A stretch of DNA of 64,000 nt, taken from Stegostoma tigrinum. Its lineage: Eukaryota. Position numbers and translations under genes: made by a program. Location: assembly GCF_030684315.1 (NCBI RefSeq), contig NC_081360.1:23787033-23851032 (forward strand). The letters are read 5' to 3'. The notes under the pieces were generated by a model that ran no database searches, was not told where the DNA came from, and saw only the letters and a program-made list of their open reading frames with translations. Positions 1-12,323 of the stretch are shown here, one piece after another; within the stretch, counting starts at the first letter, position 1; each line of letters opens with the position of its first letter.

Positions 1-148
1 AGGGGCATTTAAACAGTCCTTGGATAAGCATATGAATGATGATGGGATAGTGTAGGGGGATGGGCTTAGATTAGTTCACAGGTCGGCACAACATCGAGGG
101 CCGAAGGGCCTGTTCTGCGCTGTATTGTTTTATATTCTATGTTCTATG
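1..148 (+). mobile_element. CR1 (HER1-type) LINE 3' end with (TTCTATG)n tail
   Basis: Reverse complement matches the 3' ends at 22130-22290 and 34375-34520 (gagggccgaagggcctg...ttctatgttctatg). Confidence 0.85.
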
Positions 149-325
149 TGCTAATCATAAATGTTGTACACAGTAAAACTGCCTCAGAAACAGGAAAGTT
201 CTATGCATTTACTCCGTGCTCACGATGCCTCATCCGGTCTATAAAGATCTTTTATTGTACGAGTCTCGAGGTCCACATCACCCAGAAAACGATCTGTGGT
301 TTAATGCTAAGGAAATGGTTCTCAC

Positions 326-525
326 CTTTTCTCTCCTTTAAGAGATCTGGCCTGATTAGAGCCAGTGTTTTCTGAACCCTCTCCTCTTGCTGAATCGGAA
401 TCTGGGCTTCAGATGCTTTTCCAAAGCTGGGGAAGAAGAAGGCCAACTCCCTGCTAGCGTGGTCCATGTCATCACTCCCATGAACTGCATTGAATACATG
501 TTCAGTCCCGTACAGGGCTCGGAGA
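326..525 (-). CDS. NME9: NME9/NME8-like coding exon 10 (SLRALYGTEHVFNAVHGSDDMDHASRELAFFF...QKTLALIRPDLLKERK)
   Basis: NDK catalytic NAVHGSD motif followed by the start of a second NDK domain (KTLALIRPD); acceptor ttcttccaaag, donor G|GTGAGA; 200 bp, phase 2 to 1. Confidence 0.93.
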
Positions 526-906
526 CTTTGGAAGAAAATCCACACTGTCAGAGATGACTGGAGAAACCAACTGAAGTCACGTCAGTGTTTGTATTGAAAG
601 CAGTCAAGGAGTTACTAATTAACAAACTTAATTTTTTTTAATGTTGGTGCTCTTTATTTTAAATTGTTTTACTTATTTTGAGGGCCAGTTTTAACGCTTT
701 TGATATATTCTCTCCCCTTCTAAAATTTTACAAGCACTGCGCAGTGGATGAGAAGCTGATGTCCCAATCTAATGACAAAGGCTTAGAATGAAGCAGAGGA
801 TTGTGCATACACAGAGATGGATTTATTCAAGTTACTCACTGCCACATTGTTTAATTTACCACTGGAGTTTGAACAATCTTCGAAACATGCCCCTGCACCA
901 CATTAC

Positions 907-1061
907 CTTTCAGGCCTCTCCCGCTTTGCAACTTCGACATCTGTTGGACCAATAAATTCTCTCCACAGTGGAATGACATCAACTGTTCCTTCAGGTCTGG
1001 ACAGGATCAGAATATGACAAGGACCGCTAGACATGAACTGAATCAGCTCCTCAAAATGAGA
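907..1061 (-). CDS. NME9: NME9/NME8-like coding exon 9 (SHFEELIQFMSSGPCHILILSRPEGTVDVIPLWREFIGPTDVEVAKRERPE)
   Basis: NDK motifs FMSSGP and WR.FIGP; acceptor cttatag, donor AG|GTAATG; 155 bp, phase 0 to 2. Confidence 0.93.
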
Positions 1062-1576
1062 CTATAAGTTCGACAACAAACAGAGTCATGGAAAATCAGT
1101 ATGGATCTTTTGAAATATCTTAGTTTTAATTGTGTCAACTTTTAATGATGTGGCATTTTCTACTTTCTTCATCCTTCCAGTTTCTAATAGTTACTTGCCA
1201 ATTGAGATGGCTGGTTCAATAACATTTGATGACCAGGTGACCAGCTTAGCAACAAGCTGATGCTGCTCAATCTTGCCTGTCGCCATCTTTCTGCAAATAT
1301 CATACAGAGGTGCACAGAAGTGATAAGCTGTCCACTTTTCTCTCACTTAATATAGGCAAAGGGCTGTCCTGCACTCAACACCTTTCCCAGGTAGCATGGT
1401 ACAGCATGAAGAAGGTCTATTGCAATCATCACTGCGCCACCTGAGGGCTATGTTTCACATTTCACTCAATTTTTTTTTCCTGAATATAAGACTGAATCAG
1501 TGTTTATGTACGGGACGGTATTTTCACGATAAAAACACTGACACATTCTTTCCAATTCAAAGACTTTCCCACTCAC

Positions 1577-1669
1577 CTCTTCGGCTTTGTGGCGGTAGAA
1601 ATCATGGGCCTCTTCCTTGGTTAATGTCCATTCTTCATGAGCTAAAATTTCGAAGCCCGCTTCCCGAAT
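1577..1669 (-). CDS. NME9: NME9/NME8-like coding exon 8 (IREAGFEILAHEEWTLTKEEAHDFYRHKAEE)
   Basis: Acceptor gttttctcag, donor GAG|GTGAGT; 93 bp; NDK-type GF.I and A..FY..H motifs. Confidence 0.93.
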
Positions 1670-1936
1670 CTGAGAAAACACTGAGGAACTTTAGAGGGGA
1701 CCTTATTTCTTTTGTTTGGAAGCTCAAAGTAGACTTTATTCTATTATGGGTTTGGTTATTCCAACATTTAAACAATCCAGGCAGTTAAACAGACCAGTTT
1801 TGGGACCCCCATCTATGTGTTCTTGTGAACATTCTCCACTTAATGTGATTTTATTTTCTATTACATCCTTATTATTCTTAAGTGGTTGTTAGGTAAGTTG
1901 GGAGGTGCTCTGATACAGAAATGTTTGACAAGGACT

Positions 1937-2232
1937 GGCATGGTGGCTCAGTGGTTAGCACTGCTGCCTCACAGCACCAGGGACTTGAGTTCAATTCTAC
2001 CATCAGGCGACTATCTGTGTGAAGTTTGCACATTCTCCCCATGTCAGCGTGGGTTTCCTTCAGGTGCTCTGGTTTCCTCCCACAGTCCAAAGATGTGCAC
2101 GCAAGGTAGATTAGCCACCGGAAATGCAGCGTTATAGGAAAGGGGTCAGGGACTGTGTGTCTAGGTGGGATGCTCTTTGGAGAGTTGGTGTGGACTCGAT
2201 GGGCTGAACAGCCTGCTTCTACACTGTATGAT
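1937..2232 (+). mobile_element. HE1-type (V-SINE) tRNA-derived SINE
   Basis: A-box-like GGTGGCTCAGTGG, B-box-like GAGTTCAATTC, V-domain ttcctcccacagtccaaagatgtgca, CR1-like tail. Confidence 0.85.
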
Positions 2233-3324
2233 CCTAAGTAGGAAGAACAAAGTGACACCAGGTAGCACCATTTGTGTCTAGAGCTGTTCATGTGTTATCT
2301 GCCTGGTAGGTCCTGCAGCTATCTTTGCACATGGCGCAGACTGTAACATCTTACTAACAAACTGACTCTTCAAATCACAGTCTTGATGATGAGAGTCAAT
2401 GCAGCCATTATGCCATGATAACTTAGCAGTAATACATACACAGGTTCCAGTGAGGGTGGTGTGGAGAGTGCCATGTCACAAATATGAACACACACTTGCT
2501 TTATTCTGAGCTAGCAGCTAGAGAGTGCAGTCAGACAGGGGTTGTGAATTTAATTGAATAGAGGGTGAATCAAGAATTTGACAGGATCACAAAGTATAGG
2601 GTGCAATTTTATGAGGTAATTAGGTAGATTGTACACCACACCCAGCGTCCCAGAAGAAAAGCTGGCCAGAGGCCAAATTGATCCATGCGAACCTGCCCTG
2701 CAGCAATTACATACTGGGATGTCCCAAACAAGCAAACGTGAGAGTTCTACCCCCTCATTTGTGGGAATCCCAATGCTAGCAAATCATTACTCTTGGCAGC
2801 CAGAGAGATCAGGTGTAAGAACTGTCAGGAATGCTGGGAGAATCCAGAGGAGGATTGTGGTTGCCTGAGAATGCAAGTCCCAGTGCTTTAAGGGCTGGAG
2901 CAATCCAACAGAGCAAAATGTGGGGACAAGGTTTTGGGTTCTGGTTGGGTAAGCAACATAGAAAGAAGTGTGGGTAGCATCTTGGGGAGGACAGTGCACC
3001 AAATTTGTGTAGAATGCTCTCACAACGAGGTGCCCCTCCTCCTTTCTTTGTGCTTTTGTTTATGTAGGCCGTGGAAAACAGACTACCCACTCCTAAGCAG
3101 CTCTATCATAGCATGGGCAGTGTACTATTCCAGGAAATAGACTTACTCAAATGTTTAATTGATTTTTAATCATTTATTCACATATAGTCAACAGGCTGCC
3201 TGTTTCAATGCCTACCCATGTTGTAGATTATGGGATTTGTTCAGGGCAAATGGGAATTTGTGGGTTTGTCAGGTGACCTATTGCACTAAAAGCACAGCCA
3301 CTGAGGGGAGGTATAATTAAGCCC

Positions 3325-3990
3325 GTAGAATAGCTGCAACACAGAAAGAAGCTATTCAACCCATAGACAGAGTGTGTGCCAACTCGTTGTGAGAACAACA
3401 TAGCAAGTCCTAGTTGTCTACATTTTCTTCATAGCCCTGTGAGTATTTTCTTTTAGATAATCATCCAAGTTTCTTTCTAAAACTACAGATGAATCTGCTT
3501 TCCCCCACATTGGAAATTAAATTCATAATCTCACTCGCAACGTCTTTGGTTCTGGCCATCGCAAATCAATGTCTTCGAGTTTTTGATCCTTCCATAAATG
3601 GGAACAGTTTTTCCCTACCTACTGTATCTGGAATCCTCAAGACTTTGAACATCTCTATCAAATCTTCTCAGTTTCTTCTTTCATAAGAAGAATGGTCTCT
3701 CGTCTTAACTAAAGCTCCTAATTTCTGGATATATTCTTATGAGTCTTCTTTTAATCTCTCTCATGTCTTCACACCTTTTCTAATATGCAGTGCCCAGAAG
3801 TGGAAACGATACCCCAGTCAAGGCTGAACTAGGTTTAGCATTTATTATGTGCTTTTATACTCAATGCCCCATTCATAAAAGCAAGGATACTATGTACTTT
3901 ATGAACTATTAATTCATCCTGTCCTGCCATCTTCAATGATGTGTGTACATACACCAAGTCCCTCCGCTCCTGCATCCACTTTATATTAAA
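3325..3990 (-). mobile_element. Decayed CR1 LINE 3' fragment
   Basis: Degenerate match to the RT C-terminal/3' region of the better-preserved CR1 copies in this window. Confidence 0.6.
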
Positions 3991-4277
3991 GTATTTTGTT
4001 TTCTATTATCTGTCCACATTCTTCCTAAAAGGAATTCATCACTTCACATTAAAGGAAAGACTGAAATGTTCAACAGTTGCTTGTTAAAATTGAAAACATT
4101 TATCATCAGTCGTCAAGATTTACACTAAATGAGAAAATCACTAACAGTTTAAACCAGGAAGAAATTACTAATTTTATATTTACAGACTTCAAGGATAAAA
4201 TGGAATCCAATCACCTTGAATCTCAATAGATTGAAACAAAACTTTAATCGCAAACAATTTGAAGTTCTGCTTCTCAC

Positions 4278-4360
4278 CTTCATTATTATTTCATTTGCTT
4301 TCCCATGAGCCACGGCATCAGGTTTGATGATTGCTACCGTGCATGATTTGTTGGTAGTAA
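4278..4360 (-). CDS. NME9: NME9/NME8-like coding exon 7, start of NDK domain (VTTNKSCTVAIIKPDAVAHGKANEIIMK)
   Basis: NDK motif T.AIIKPD; acceptor tttaatacag, donor AAG|GTGAGA; 83 bp. Confidence 0.93.
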
Positions 4361-4864
4361 CTGTATTAAAGTAAAACAAAACTTATAACTCTCAAATGCA
4401 ATAACTAAAACATAGGGAGCAGGATTTGGAGTGGTCTATTCAGCCCCTTCAGTCTGCTTCTCTGTTAAGTACAATCATGGGTCCCTTGTGATCTTAACTC
4501 CAATTTCCCACTCCTTCTCCACAATCACTAAATTCTACCACAATTCAAAATCCATCAGTCTCAGCCTGAATTTACTCACTGACCAATCAACAGACCTCTA
4601 GGGTTAGAGAATCATAGGTATTCACAAAGTGAAGATACTTTTCCTCAAAATCCTAAACTACTGACCAATTTTGTTTTAAAATACCTCTCTTTAGAAAAAA
4701 GTTCAAAGTTGTGCCCATAAAATTTGAACTAAGCCACTAGTGCTGTCTTCAATTGTCTTCTTACTGATGCCTCTGAATAATTGTACCTTCATCTCCAATA
4801 ATAAACGAAAAATGTTCACATTTTTGTCAGTTCTCTCTCCTTCAGTTCTCTTCTGTCTCTGGGG

Positions 4865-5195
4865 GTGGTAGCTGTGATTTAGTGGGTAGCACTAGAAATT
4901 AGAGGGTGTTGGTTCAAGTCTTATTTCAGAGACTGATGGGTAAAATTGTGGCTAACATTCCTAATGCAGCACTAAAGGTGCACACTCTCAGATGTGCTGT
5001 CTTATGGATGAAATTTTAAACTGAGGCCCTCTTTGATTGATTTGAAAAATTCCACAGTCCTAATTCAATGAAAAGCAGGGCAGTTATCCCTGGTGTCCTG
5101 ACCAATATTTATCCCTCAAAAAACATTGTGAAAAACAGATTATCTGCTCATTAGCAAATTGACATTTGTGGAAGATTGCTGTGTGCAAATTGGGA
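4865..5195 (+). mobile_element. Deu-domain SINE (SacSINE1/AmnSINE-like), decayed
   Basis: tRNA-like head followed by gtgctgtcttatggatgaaattttaaactgaggcc...gttatccctggtgtcctgaccaatatttatccctca...ttgctgtgtgcaaattgg, recognised as the Deu-SINE core. Confidence 0.65.
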
Positions 5196-7290
5196 AACAT
5201 GGAAATTAGGAGAAGGAGTAGACCATTTGCTTCTTCAAGTCTATTCCACGATTCAATATGATTATGGCTTATACTCTCTCTCAATACCATGTTCTCATCT
5301 ATAAAATCTAAAAAATATGAATTATTTTTCATATATAAATATGAATCAGTGACTTTGCCTCCACAACCTTCTCGAAAGAGAATTCCTCAGGTTCACTGTC
5401 ATTTGAGCGAAGAAATGTTTCCTTATTTCACTCTTAAATGGTATACCTCACATTTGAAACTGCATACCCTGGTTCCAGAATCCCTAATCAGGGCAACTTG
5501 CTCCTTGTATCTAGTCTGTCTAGACCTGAGATACTTTTATAGCTTCAATCAGATATTCTCATCCTTCTAATTGCAAATGAACATAGGGTAGGTCAAACCA
5601 ATGTCTCCATAATCCTGACATCCTTGGTGTCAACCTAGCATACCTCCACTGCACTGCCTATATGGCAGGTATATCCTTTCTTAGGTAGGAAGACCAAAAC
5701 GGCACAGAATACCCCAGGTGTGGTCTCACTAAGGGCCTGTATAACTGTATCAATATTCTGTTTCTGAACACAAAGCCTCTCTCAATTTGCCTTCCTAGCG
5801 ATTTGCTGAACCTGCTGGTTTATTTTCATTGGCTGGTGGCAAGGATACCCAGATCCCTTTGTACACGCACATCTCCTAATGTAAAAATCCTTTCTGTTTT
5901 TCTCACTGAAGTTCAGAACTGAACATTTATGTACATTATACTACATCTGCCATGTGTTTGCCAACTCACACAAACTTGCCTTTTTTTAAAATTCATTAAT
6001 GGGATGAGGGTATTGCTGGCTGAGCCAGCATTTAGTGCCCATCTCTAATTGCCCAGAGGGCAGTTCAGAGTCAGCCAGATTGCTGTGGGTCTGGAGTCAC
6101 ACATAGGCCAGACCAGGGTCAGATGGCAGTTTCCTTCCCTAAGGGACATTAGTGAGCCAGCTGGTTTTTCCTGACAATCGACAATGGATTCATGGTCATT
6201 ATTAGATTCTTAACTCCTGATATTTTTATTGAATTCAAATTCCACCACCCACAGTGGTGCGATTCAAACCTGGGACCCCAGAACATTATCTGGGTCTCTG
6301 GATTAACAGTCCAGTGCTAATATCACTAGGCCATTGCCTCCCCTTCTAAATCACCCTGAAGCCTCCTGACATCCTCCTTACAACACACAATTCCACACAG
6401 TTCTATGTCACCAGCAACATTAGAAATGTTACATTTGTTTCCTTCATACAGGTTATTCATTTTATTTTTATTTGTCTATGGGAAGTTGGCTAGATTTGTC
6501 ATCTCTGCTTAATTGCCCAGATGCTAGCTAAACGTCAACTATATGGCAGTGAATCAGGACTCACTTACAGATTCCAAAGCAGATAAGGATGCAGATTGAC
6601 TTCCCAAGAGGGCATGAGTGAGTCGAATGGGTTTTTGCAGCGTTACCCCTATCCTGTGAGTTTATGAGGCACCTTATCAAAAGCCTTCCAAAAATCCAAA
6701 AACACCATATCCACTGATGCTGTCTTATCTGTTTTACTAGTTACATCCTCAAAAAACTCCAGTAGATTTGTTAAGCGTGATTTCACTCTCTTAGACCCAT
6801 GTTGGGTTTGTCCAGTCCCATTAATGCTTCCCAAACATTCTGTTGTCACATCTTCTATAACGAACTCGAACATTTTTCCCAATTACTGATGTGAGGCTAA
6901 CTGGTCTGTAATTCATTTTTACTTCCTCTGTTTCTGTCCCTTTTTTAAACAGTGGCATTACATTTGTCACCCTCCATTCTGTAGGAACTGCTCCAGAGTC
7001 TACAGCATTTTGGAAGATAACCATCAATGCATCCAAAGTTTCCAGGGTCATTTCCACTAGTACTCCAGATTACCAGGCCCTGGTTATTTACAAGCCTTTA
7101 ACCCTATTAGTTTCCATAGCACCATTCTCTTACTGATAGTATTGTCTTTCATTTCCACCTTCTTATAAACCCTCTGTAACATTTATGGGAGATTATTTGT
7201 GTCTTCTTTTGTGAAAATAGAACCAAAGTATCTGTTCAATTCTTGTTCCATTTCTTTGCTCCCCATTATAATTTTTCTGACTTCAGAAGG
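5195..7290 (-). mobile_element. Decayed CR1 LINE (RT region), interrupted by two SINEs
   Basis: ORF remnants NYRPVSLTSV.GK, LTNLLEFFEDVT and LDFWKAFDKVPH; CR1 3' tail near 5200. Confidence 0.85.
5985..6342 (-). mobile_element. tRNA-derived SINE (MER131-like core) nested in CR1; further copies at ~6465-6640(-), 46161-46465(+), 48612-48968(+), 62385-62690(+), 63020-63290(-)
   Basis: Shared core ctggttcactaatgtccttagggaagga...ctggcctatgtgtgactccagacccacagcaa in all copies, ending in an A-rich tail. The family name is from memory. Confidence 0.7.
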
Positions 7291-7805
7291 TGATCGCATT
7301 TCAAGCTAGTTGGTTAGCAGCTAAATACTCAACATGGAAAAGAAACAGAAGTATGGCACTTTCAGTTCTGTATACACTGATCCATGTCATATATTCGCAG
7401 AAGTGTTCGTCCAAAGCTATCATTAACAATGCCGTAAGGAGACATTGTTTTGTGCAGAAGCAGCAATACAGTACATCAGGAAACAGTCTATAATTACCCA
7501 CACAAGGCCACTCAGTTGTACCTCTGTAGAGTGAGGTAGAAATGCAGCAAAGTAGAAAAAGAGAGCAAAAGGATCCTCTGTGACTTGATCTTTCTTTTAG
7601 CTCACTTCTGTCTTTCTTAGTTCTCACCTTTTAGACTTGTAACAGTTAGGTGACACAATCATCTTCCACAGCTGAGTGAGCCAAAAAAGTAGAAAAGAGC
7701 ATTTGTCTGTCTGAATGAAGAAATAGTTGAGGCCATTGATTTTACCTGATGATTGTAAATTTGTAAACACTGACTGGACTAATCCACGTCCACGCCAGTC
7801 AATCA

Positions 7806-8039
7806 TGTAGTGATTGTAATGAGGTCAACCAGGAAGACATCATAGAATGTCAGCTCCCTGATTGGGGCTGTTAATCTCATCCAATCAGGAAGGTCTGGCT
7901 GTCAGGTAAAAAGAGAAGTGTCAGACACTGTTCACCCTGAGAGCTGGCACTGAGGGAGCTGGATCACTGTCAAAGACTTGCTATGTGTAAATAAAGGGTG
8001 ACTTGGTAATGGGATACCGACCTCTGTGGAGTTATTTCA
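7806..8039 (+). mobile_element. Solo LTR of a Gypsy-type retrotransposon
   Basis: TG...CA termini (TGTAGT...TTATTTCA), internal AATAAA, flanks aatca/gatca (5-bp TSD with 1 mismatch); 3' part homologous to the LTR at 35442. Confidence 0.8.
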
Positions 8040-8113
8040 GATCAATGCAAAAGCATTACATCCAAAATCGTGAGCCATCTTCTGCTGTGTTAACTGAAGA
8101 TTGCATTGCTTAC

Positions 8114-8189
8114 CCAGATCCTCTTCTCCATTAGTTTTCAACACCACCACTTGCTCCTCTTCTTCTTCTGATAAGCCTTCATCTTTGAT
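8114..8189 (-). CDS. NME9: NME9/NME8-like coding exon 6, acidic linker (IKDEGLSEEEEEQVVVLKTNGEEDL)
   Basis: Acceptor gtctttag, donor G|GTAAGC; 76 bp, phase 0 to 1, joins the neighbouring exons in frame. Confidence 0.85.
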
Positions 8190-9579
8190 CTAAAGACCCA
8201 AAATAAAACAGCTTCAACTGGCTGACTTTTCATACTCAAAGCTTTTTGTTACTGGACGATAACCTTTGGATCACAGTAATCAGCATCATCGCGGAAATGG
8301 ATTCTGTGCGGATTAATGAGCAGAAGCTGGAACACAAAAAAAACAGGGGCTGAACTTAGGGAAGAACCATAACACGGCACTGAGCTATGAATTCAATCTT
8401 GCTGATTGTGATATATATTGGCATGAGGGAAAAAACTTTGGGGTGACTGAGGTTAGCTTCCAACTGAGCAGCAAACTGAGGGATATGGACTTACAATGAA
8501 GAAGAAAAGGAAAGAAAAATGGTCAGATTTGGGTTTGATCAACAAATCTATTGAACTGCTGAATGGTAATGATGACTATTTGCACCTTTAATTTGTTCAT
8601 ATCCGTAGCGTCAAACTTGCTGAGCCAGAAAATTGCATTTGTTTCATAAATATGTACAATTGTGCATGTGTACTCTCTCTTTGGATATAAAATGAATGCA
8701 AAATACACAGATTCCAATCTGGAGAATTTCTACTCCATCTTGAATTCATTTTGAGAGTCAAATAAAGAAGTTTAAAAGGTAGAAAACAAAGACAAATACA
8801 AATATCTGGCAGTTTGTCTTTTTTTTAAACCTTCTCCGGTTTAGCCAATATTTACAAAGCAGCAAGTCTCAGATTGAGTCCATGAAAAATTAGCTAAACT
8901 CAGATAGAGAGGTTATATGGAGCCACAGTGCTCGAGGGAAAAAAGTAAAATCATGTAGCACCCAGTGACACCCACTTCATTCCAACACAGACCCCTGCCT
9001 TTCAAAACAGGACAAAGACTCCTGCAAAAACTGAATCAAAGGAACATGATAAAGAGTAGCACAAATAGGTTGTTCAGCCTCTCAACTCTGCAACAATATT
9101 TAAAGAGGGATGATCTGAATGTGTCCTTGAGAACCTATTTACCTACCTAACACCTTGTAATGCTTTAGTTGCAATGCACTGTGCAATTGAAACACCTGCT
9201 CACTTTCACACTGGAAACTTATTACTTGAGTAGGATGCAGAATCATCTTTGAAGCCCACAAAGCTCTAACTCACCGTGAATCAATGGAATCAAGTAAGTA
9301 AGCAAATGAAACATCACAACTGTAAATACTGCATCTCTTTATTTTTATATTTTTTTAAGCTGTGGACTGAAATGAGAAGGAACCCAGGGGTTCACAAGAA
9401 TCGCTGCATGTTTTGAAAGTTAGCAATTTATAACTATTGTGAGCCCAATTTGGGCCACTGTGGCTTGTAGCAAATGTGTAGAAGAACTGGTGAGAAGGCT
9501 TGTTCATAAGTGAAGCTGATGAGTTGTTGATTCATGGTTGTGACAATGACAAGGTTCCTCTACTTGCCAACAACCATGT

Positions 9580-9712
9580 CCTGAAGAAGGGTCACAAGAT
9601 TTGAAATATTAAATCTGTTTTCTCTCCACCAATGCCATCAGAACTGATGAGTTTCTCCAGCATTTTAAGTTTTTGTTTGTTTCCGATCTCCCAGCATCCA
9701 CAGTTCTTTGTT
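9580..9712 (+). mobile_element. Penelope pseudo-LTR fragment with hammerhead-like core
   Basis: CTGAAGA-A-GGGTC-acaa-GATTT-GAAA at 9581-9606, followed by the family body (ctgatgagtttctccagcatt). Confidence 0.6.
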
Positions 9713-10086
9713 TAATGATAACTATGTGATTATTCATCATGTAGCTAACCATCTTGGTCTGCGAACGAGATACCATGAAACACGTCAAAGCAGAAAAGAA
9801 ACCAACAGATTTGCATCAGCCAAAAAAACCCGTCTCTCTGCCAGTTTGCTACTGTAAGTCACTTTACACCTGAAGATAAACAGCTTATATTTCCTTCAGT
9901 AAATGCTGCAAAGTTGAGGCTTTGAATCAGAGAAGTCAGACAACTTTTATAAGTGAACCAGCCATTCAGTGTCTCTTGCAAACCAGTGGAAATACTGAGA
10001 AAAATTAAGGCTGAGCAGAAACATTCAGTCAGTAAGAAACAAACAAATAGATCTTGTGAACAAAGGCTATGGCACTGTTTTTTCAG

Positions 10087-10088
<2 letters not shown>

Positions 10089-10126
<38 letters not shown>
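10089..10126. repeat. (GT)n microsatellite
   Basis: About 18 uninterrupted GT units. Confidence 0.97.
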
Positions 10127-10127
<1 letters not shown>

Positions 10128-10958
10128 TGTATGACAGGGGACTTTATAATTTCTTACTTAATTACTTGATATTTAATTACTCAATTAGCTGGAAACTAAT
10201 TACTCATCTGACAAAACAGCAACTTCTTGTTCGGTACAGAAGCCTGGTCTGTGTTTTTGATCAACCGCCTGTGTCTGAAAATCTGGAAGACTGGGGATGT
10301 TACTTATTTCTTTTCAAAGTTTTTAACTTCTAAGGCGATGCTGGAGCTCTGTGTGCGTGTTGCCCCAGTGAAACAATGATACAGCTCTGAAATTGCACAC
10401 CGCCACTCCTCCATGTGCTGATCTGGTTTAAGAGACAAGATTGCAAAACGGACTTGAGGGGATGAAGTTTTCGCTATCTCTTTGTAATGATTAATGTATT
10501 TAGGGTCAGGCAGCAAGGGCACAAGGAAGGTGTGCAGAGTTGGATTGGAGGAACATCACCTGAGTCAACGATTCATACACTCCAGCCTTTGGTTGCTAGC
10601 CCATGCAAAACTTTTCACTGTATTTTTCATGCAAAAATACACGTGACAATAAATTTCTATTCTATTCTAAACTATAACACTAATACGGGTTTGTTTGGTT
10701 GATCAGCAATTCCTGTTGGGTAAACTCTGCTGGACCATTTTTACTGTTAAAAAGAGAGAAATTTTGCCATATGTTTTTTATCTTTTACTCATCATGGTAA
10801 AAAAAACAAGAATACGAAGCTTAAATTCTTGTGTTGGTTTGAAATTTGGCATTCTTGCATTTGTCCTGATGAGCTCGAGAGGAAAAACATCAGCCGCGTA
10901 TCTCCCTTTTCAGCAAGCTTCAACTACTTGCTTGTTACTTTGCCAACAGTAATCTCAC

Positions 10959-11075
10959 CACTTTGCGGTCAGCTCCCTCCTCTAGCACCTTCTTCTCAGT
11001 GCGTAGTTGTTCATGGATGCTCTTCTGTAGTAATGGGGCATTTGCTCCTCTCACAACAGCAACTAACTGTCCTCC
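10959..11075 (-). CDS. NME9: NME9/NME8-like coding exon 5 (GGQLVAVVRGANAPLLQKSIHEQLRTEKKVLEEGADRKV)
   Basis: Acceptor gtttgcag, donor GTG|GTGAGA; 117 bp; Trx C-terminal GAN motif. Confidence 0.93.
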
Positions 11076-11914
11076 CTGCAAACACAGGCAGAGAGATGCT
11101 CAAATTAAACATGAATTATTATAAATAAAAAAGTCTCCACTGTGAATCAAATATCTAGATATTTCGTAGACGCAGCCATTTCAAACAGACAGTCAATGTA
11201 TCAAATTTAACAGAGCAACCTATCAAATAAAAGTAAAACCTGGTGAAACATTAATGCAAGAACAAAAATTGGATGCTGCAAAATACAAAATAAAGACAAA
11301 CAGAAAATGCTGAAAGTACACGGCAGGTCTGGCTGCATCTGTGGAAAGACCAAAGGAGCTGAAGCCCTGGATTTTACTGGTGAGTAGTCAGCGAGAGGAG
11401 AGGCTTGGAAATTATGGGGACCTTGGTCAGATCTGCTCCATGATGCAATCCCACTGTTGGGCATTTTACCGACAGAGGAATCTGAAAGTAGACAATATGG
11501 CAGCCTGAAGGAGAGCACAGTTGATTCATGTATTTGAAGGGCCTATTAGGGGCAATTTATCATGTTTCCAATGGTACTAGGCAACTGATGGGATGTAGAA
11601 AGGCCACTGGCAGCCTCCCAGGCTTCAGGGTAATTTCAAACGCGTGGACTTCAACGTTAACATCCATACCTGAGCCGCTATCAAAACCTATACCACCACC
11701 TCCATCACCACCCCTGCAGATACAGAGGACGCAGTAAGTATAGCCACCTGGGCAAGATACTAGAAGGTTGGCAGCATCAACAGAGCCTATCACTTAAGAG
11801 TTAGCAGTGAAGGGGCAGGGCAAGGGATAGGGGATGAGGGCATAGTAAAAATTTAAACTACAAAGAAAGTGACTTGTCTTTTGCCACTTAAATCCATTTA
11901 ATGGGGTTACTCAC

Positions 11915-11986
11915 TCCATAGAAAAGGAAGGTAGGTTCACATCTTCCTCTGTATTTTTGTAGTGAGTCAATGATATCTGCTTCAGC
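11915..11986 (-). CDS. NME9: NME9/NME8-like coding exon 4 (AEADIIDSLQKYRGRCEPTFLFYG)
   Basis: Acceptor ttttgctttag, donor GGA|GTGAGT; 72 bp; contains the Trx cis-Pro motif PTFLF. Confidence 0.93.
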
Positions 11987-12323
11987 CTAAAGCAAAACGT
12001 AGAAACAGCAATAAACTAAATGAATCAGAAAGCACATTTGTTCAATTTCCTAACATAATTTCTTCAGGCTTTCCTTCTGATTGTAATTGACCCTTGTTCT
12101 GCAACACACTGGGGCAAAAAGGACTGTTGGCTATTATCAATCTTCTACAATTTGCTGGGCTAGAAGATGGTCATAATAATTGCTATTGCCTCAGTAATCC
12201 GTCCTCATCAGGTTAAAAGATCAAGAGTTAATAAACTGCAGCTTAATATTCAGCCTTTTTTTAAAAAATATCACCACAGAAAATGAGCAGGGTGCATCAC
12301 ACCAAGCTGCTGCACGACTCTCT

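Noticed and set aside
1937-2010. tRNA-like sequence (also at 49780, 39500 and 21935)
   Set aside because: SINE heads; no complete cloverleaf, and they run into SINE bodies.
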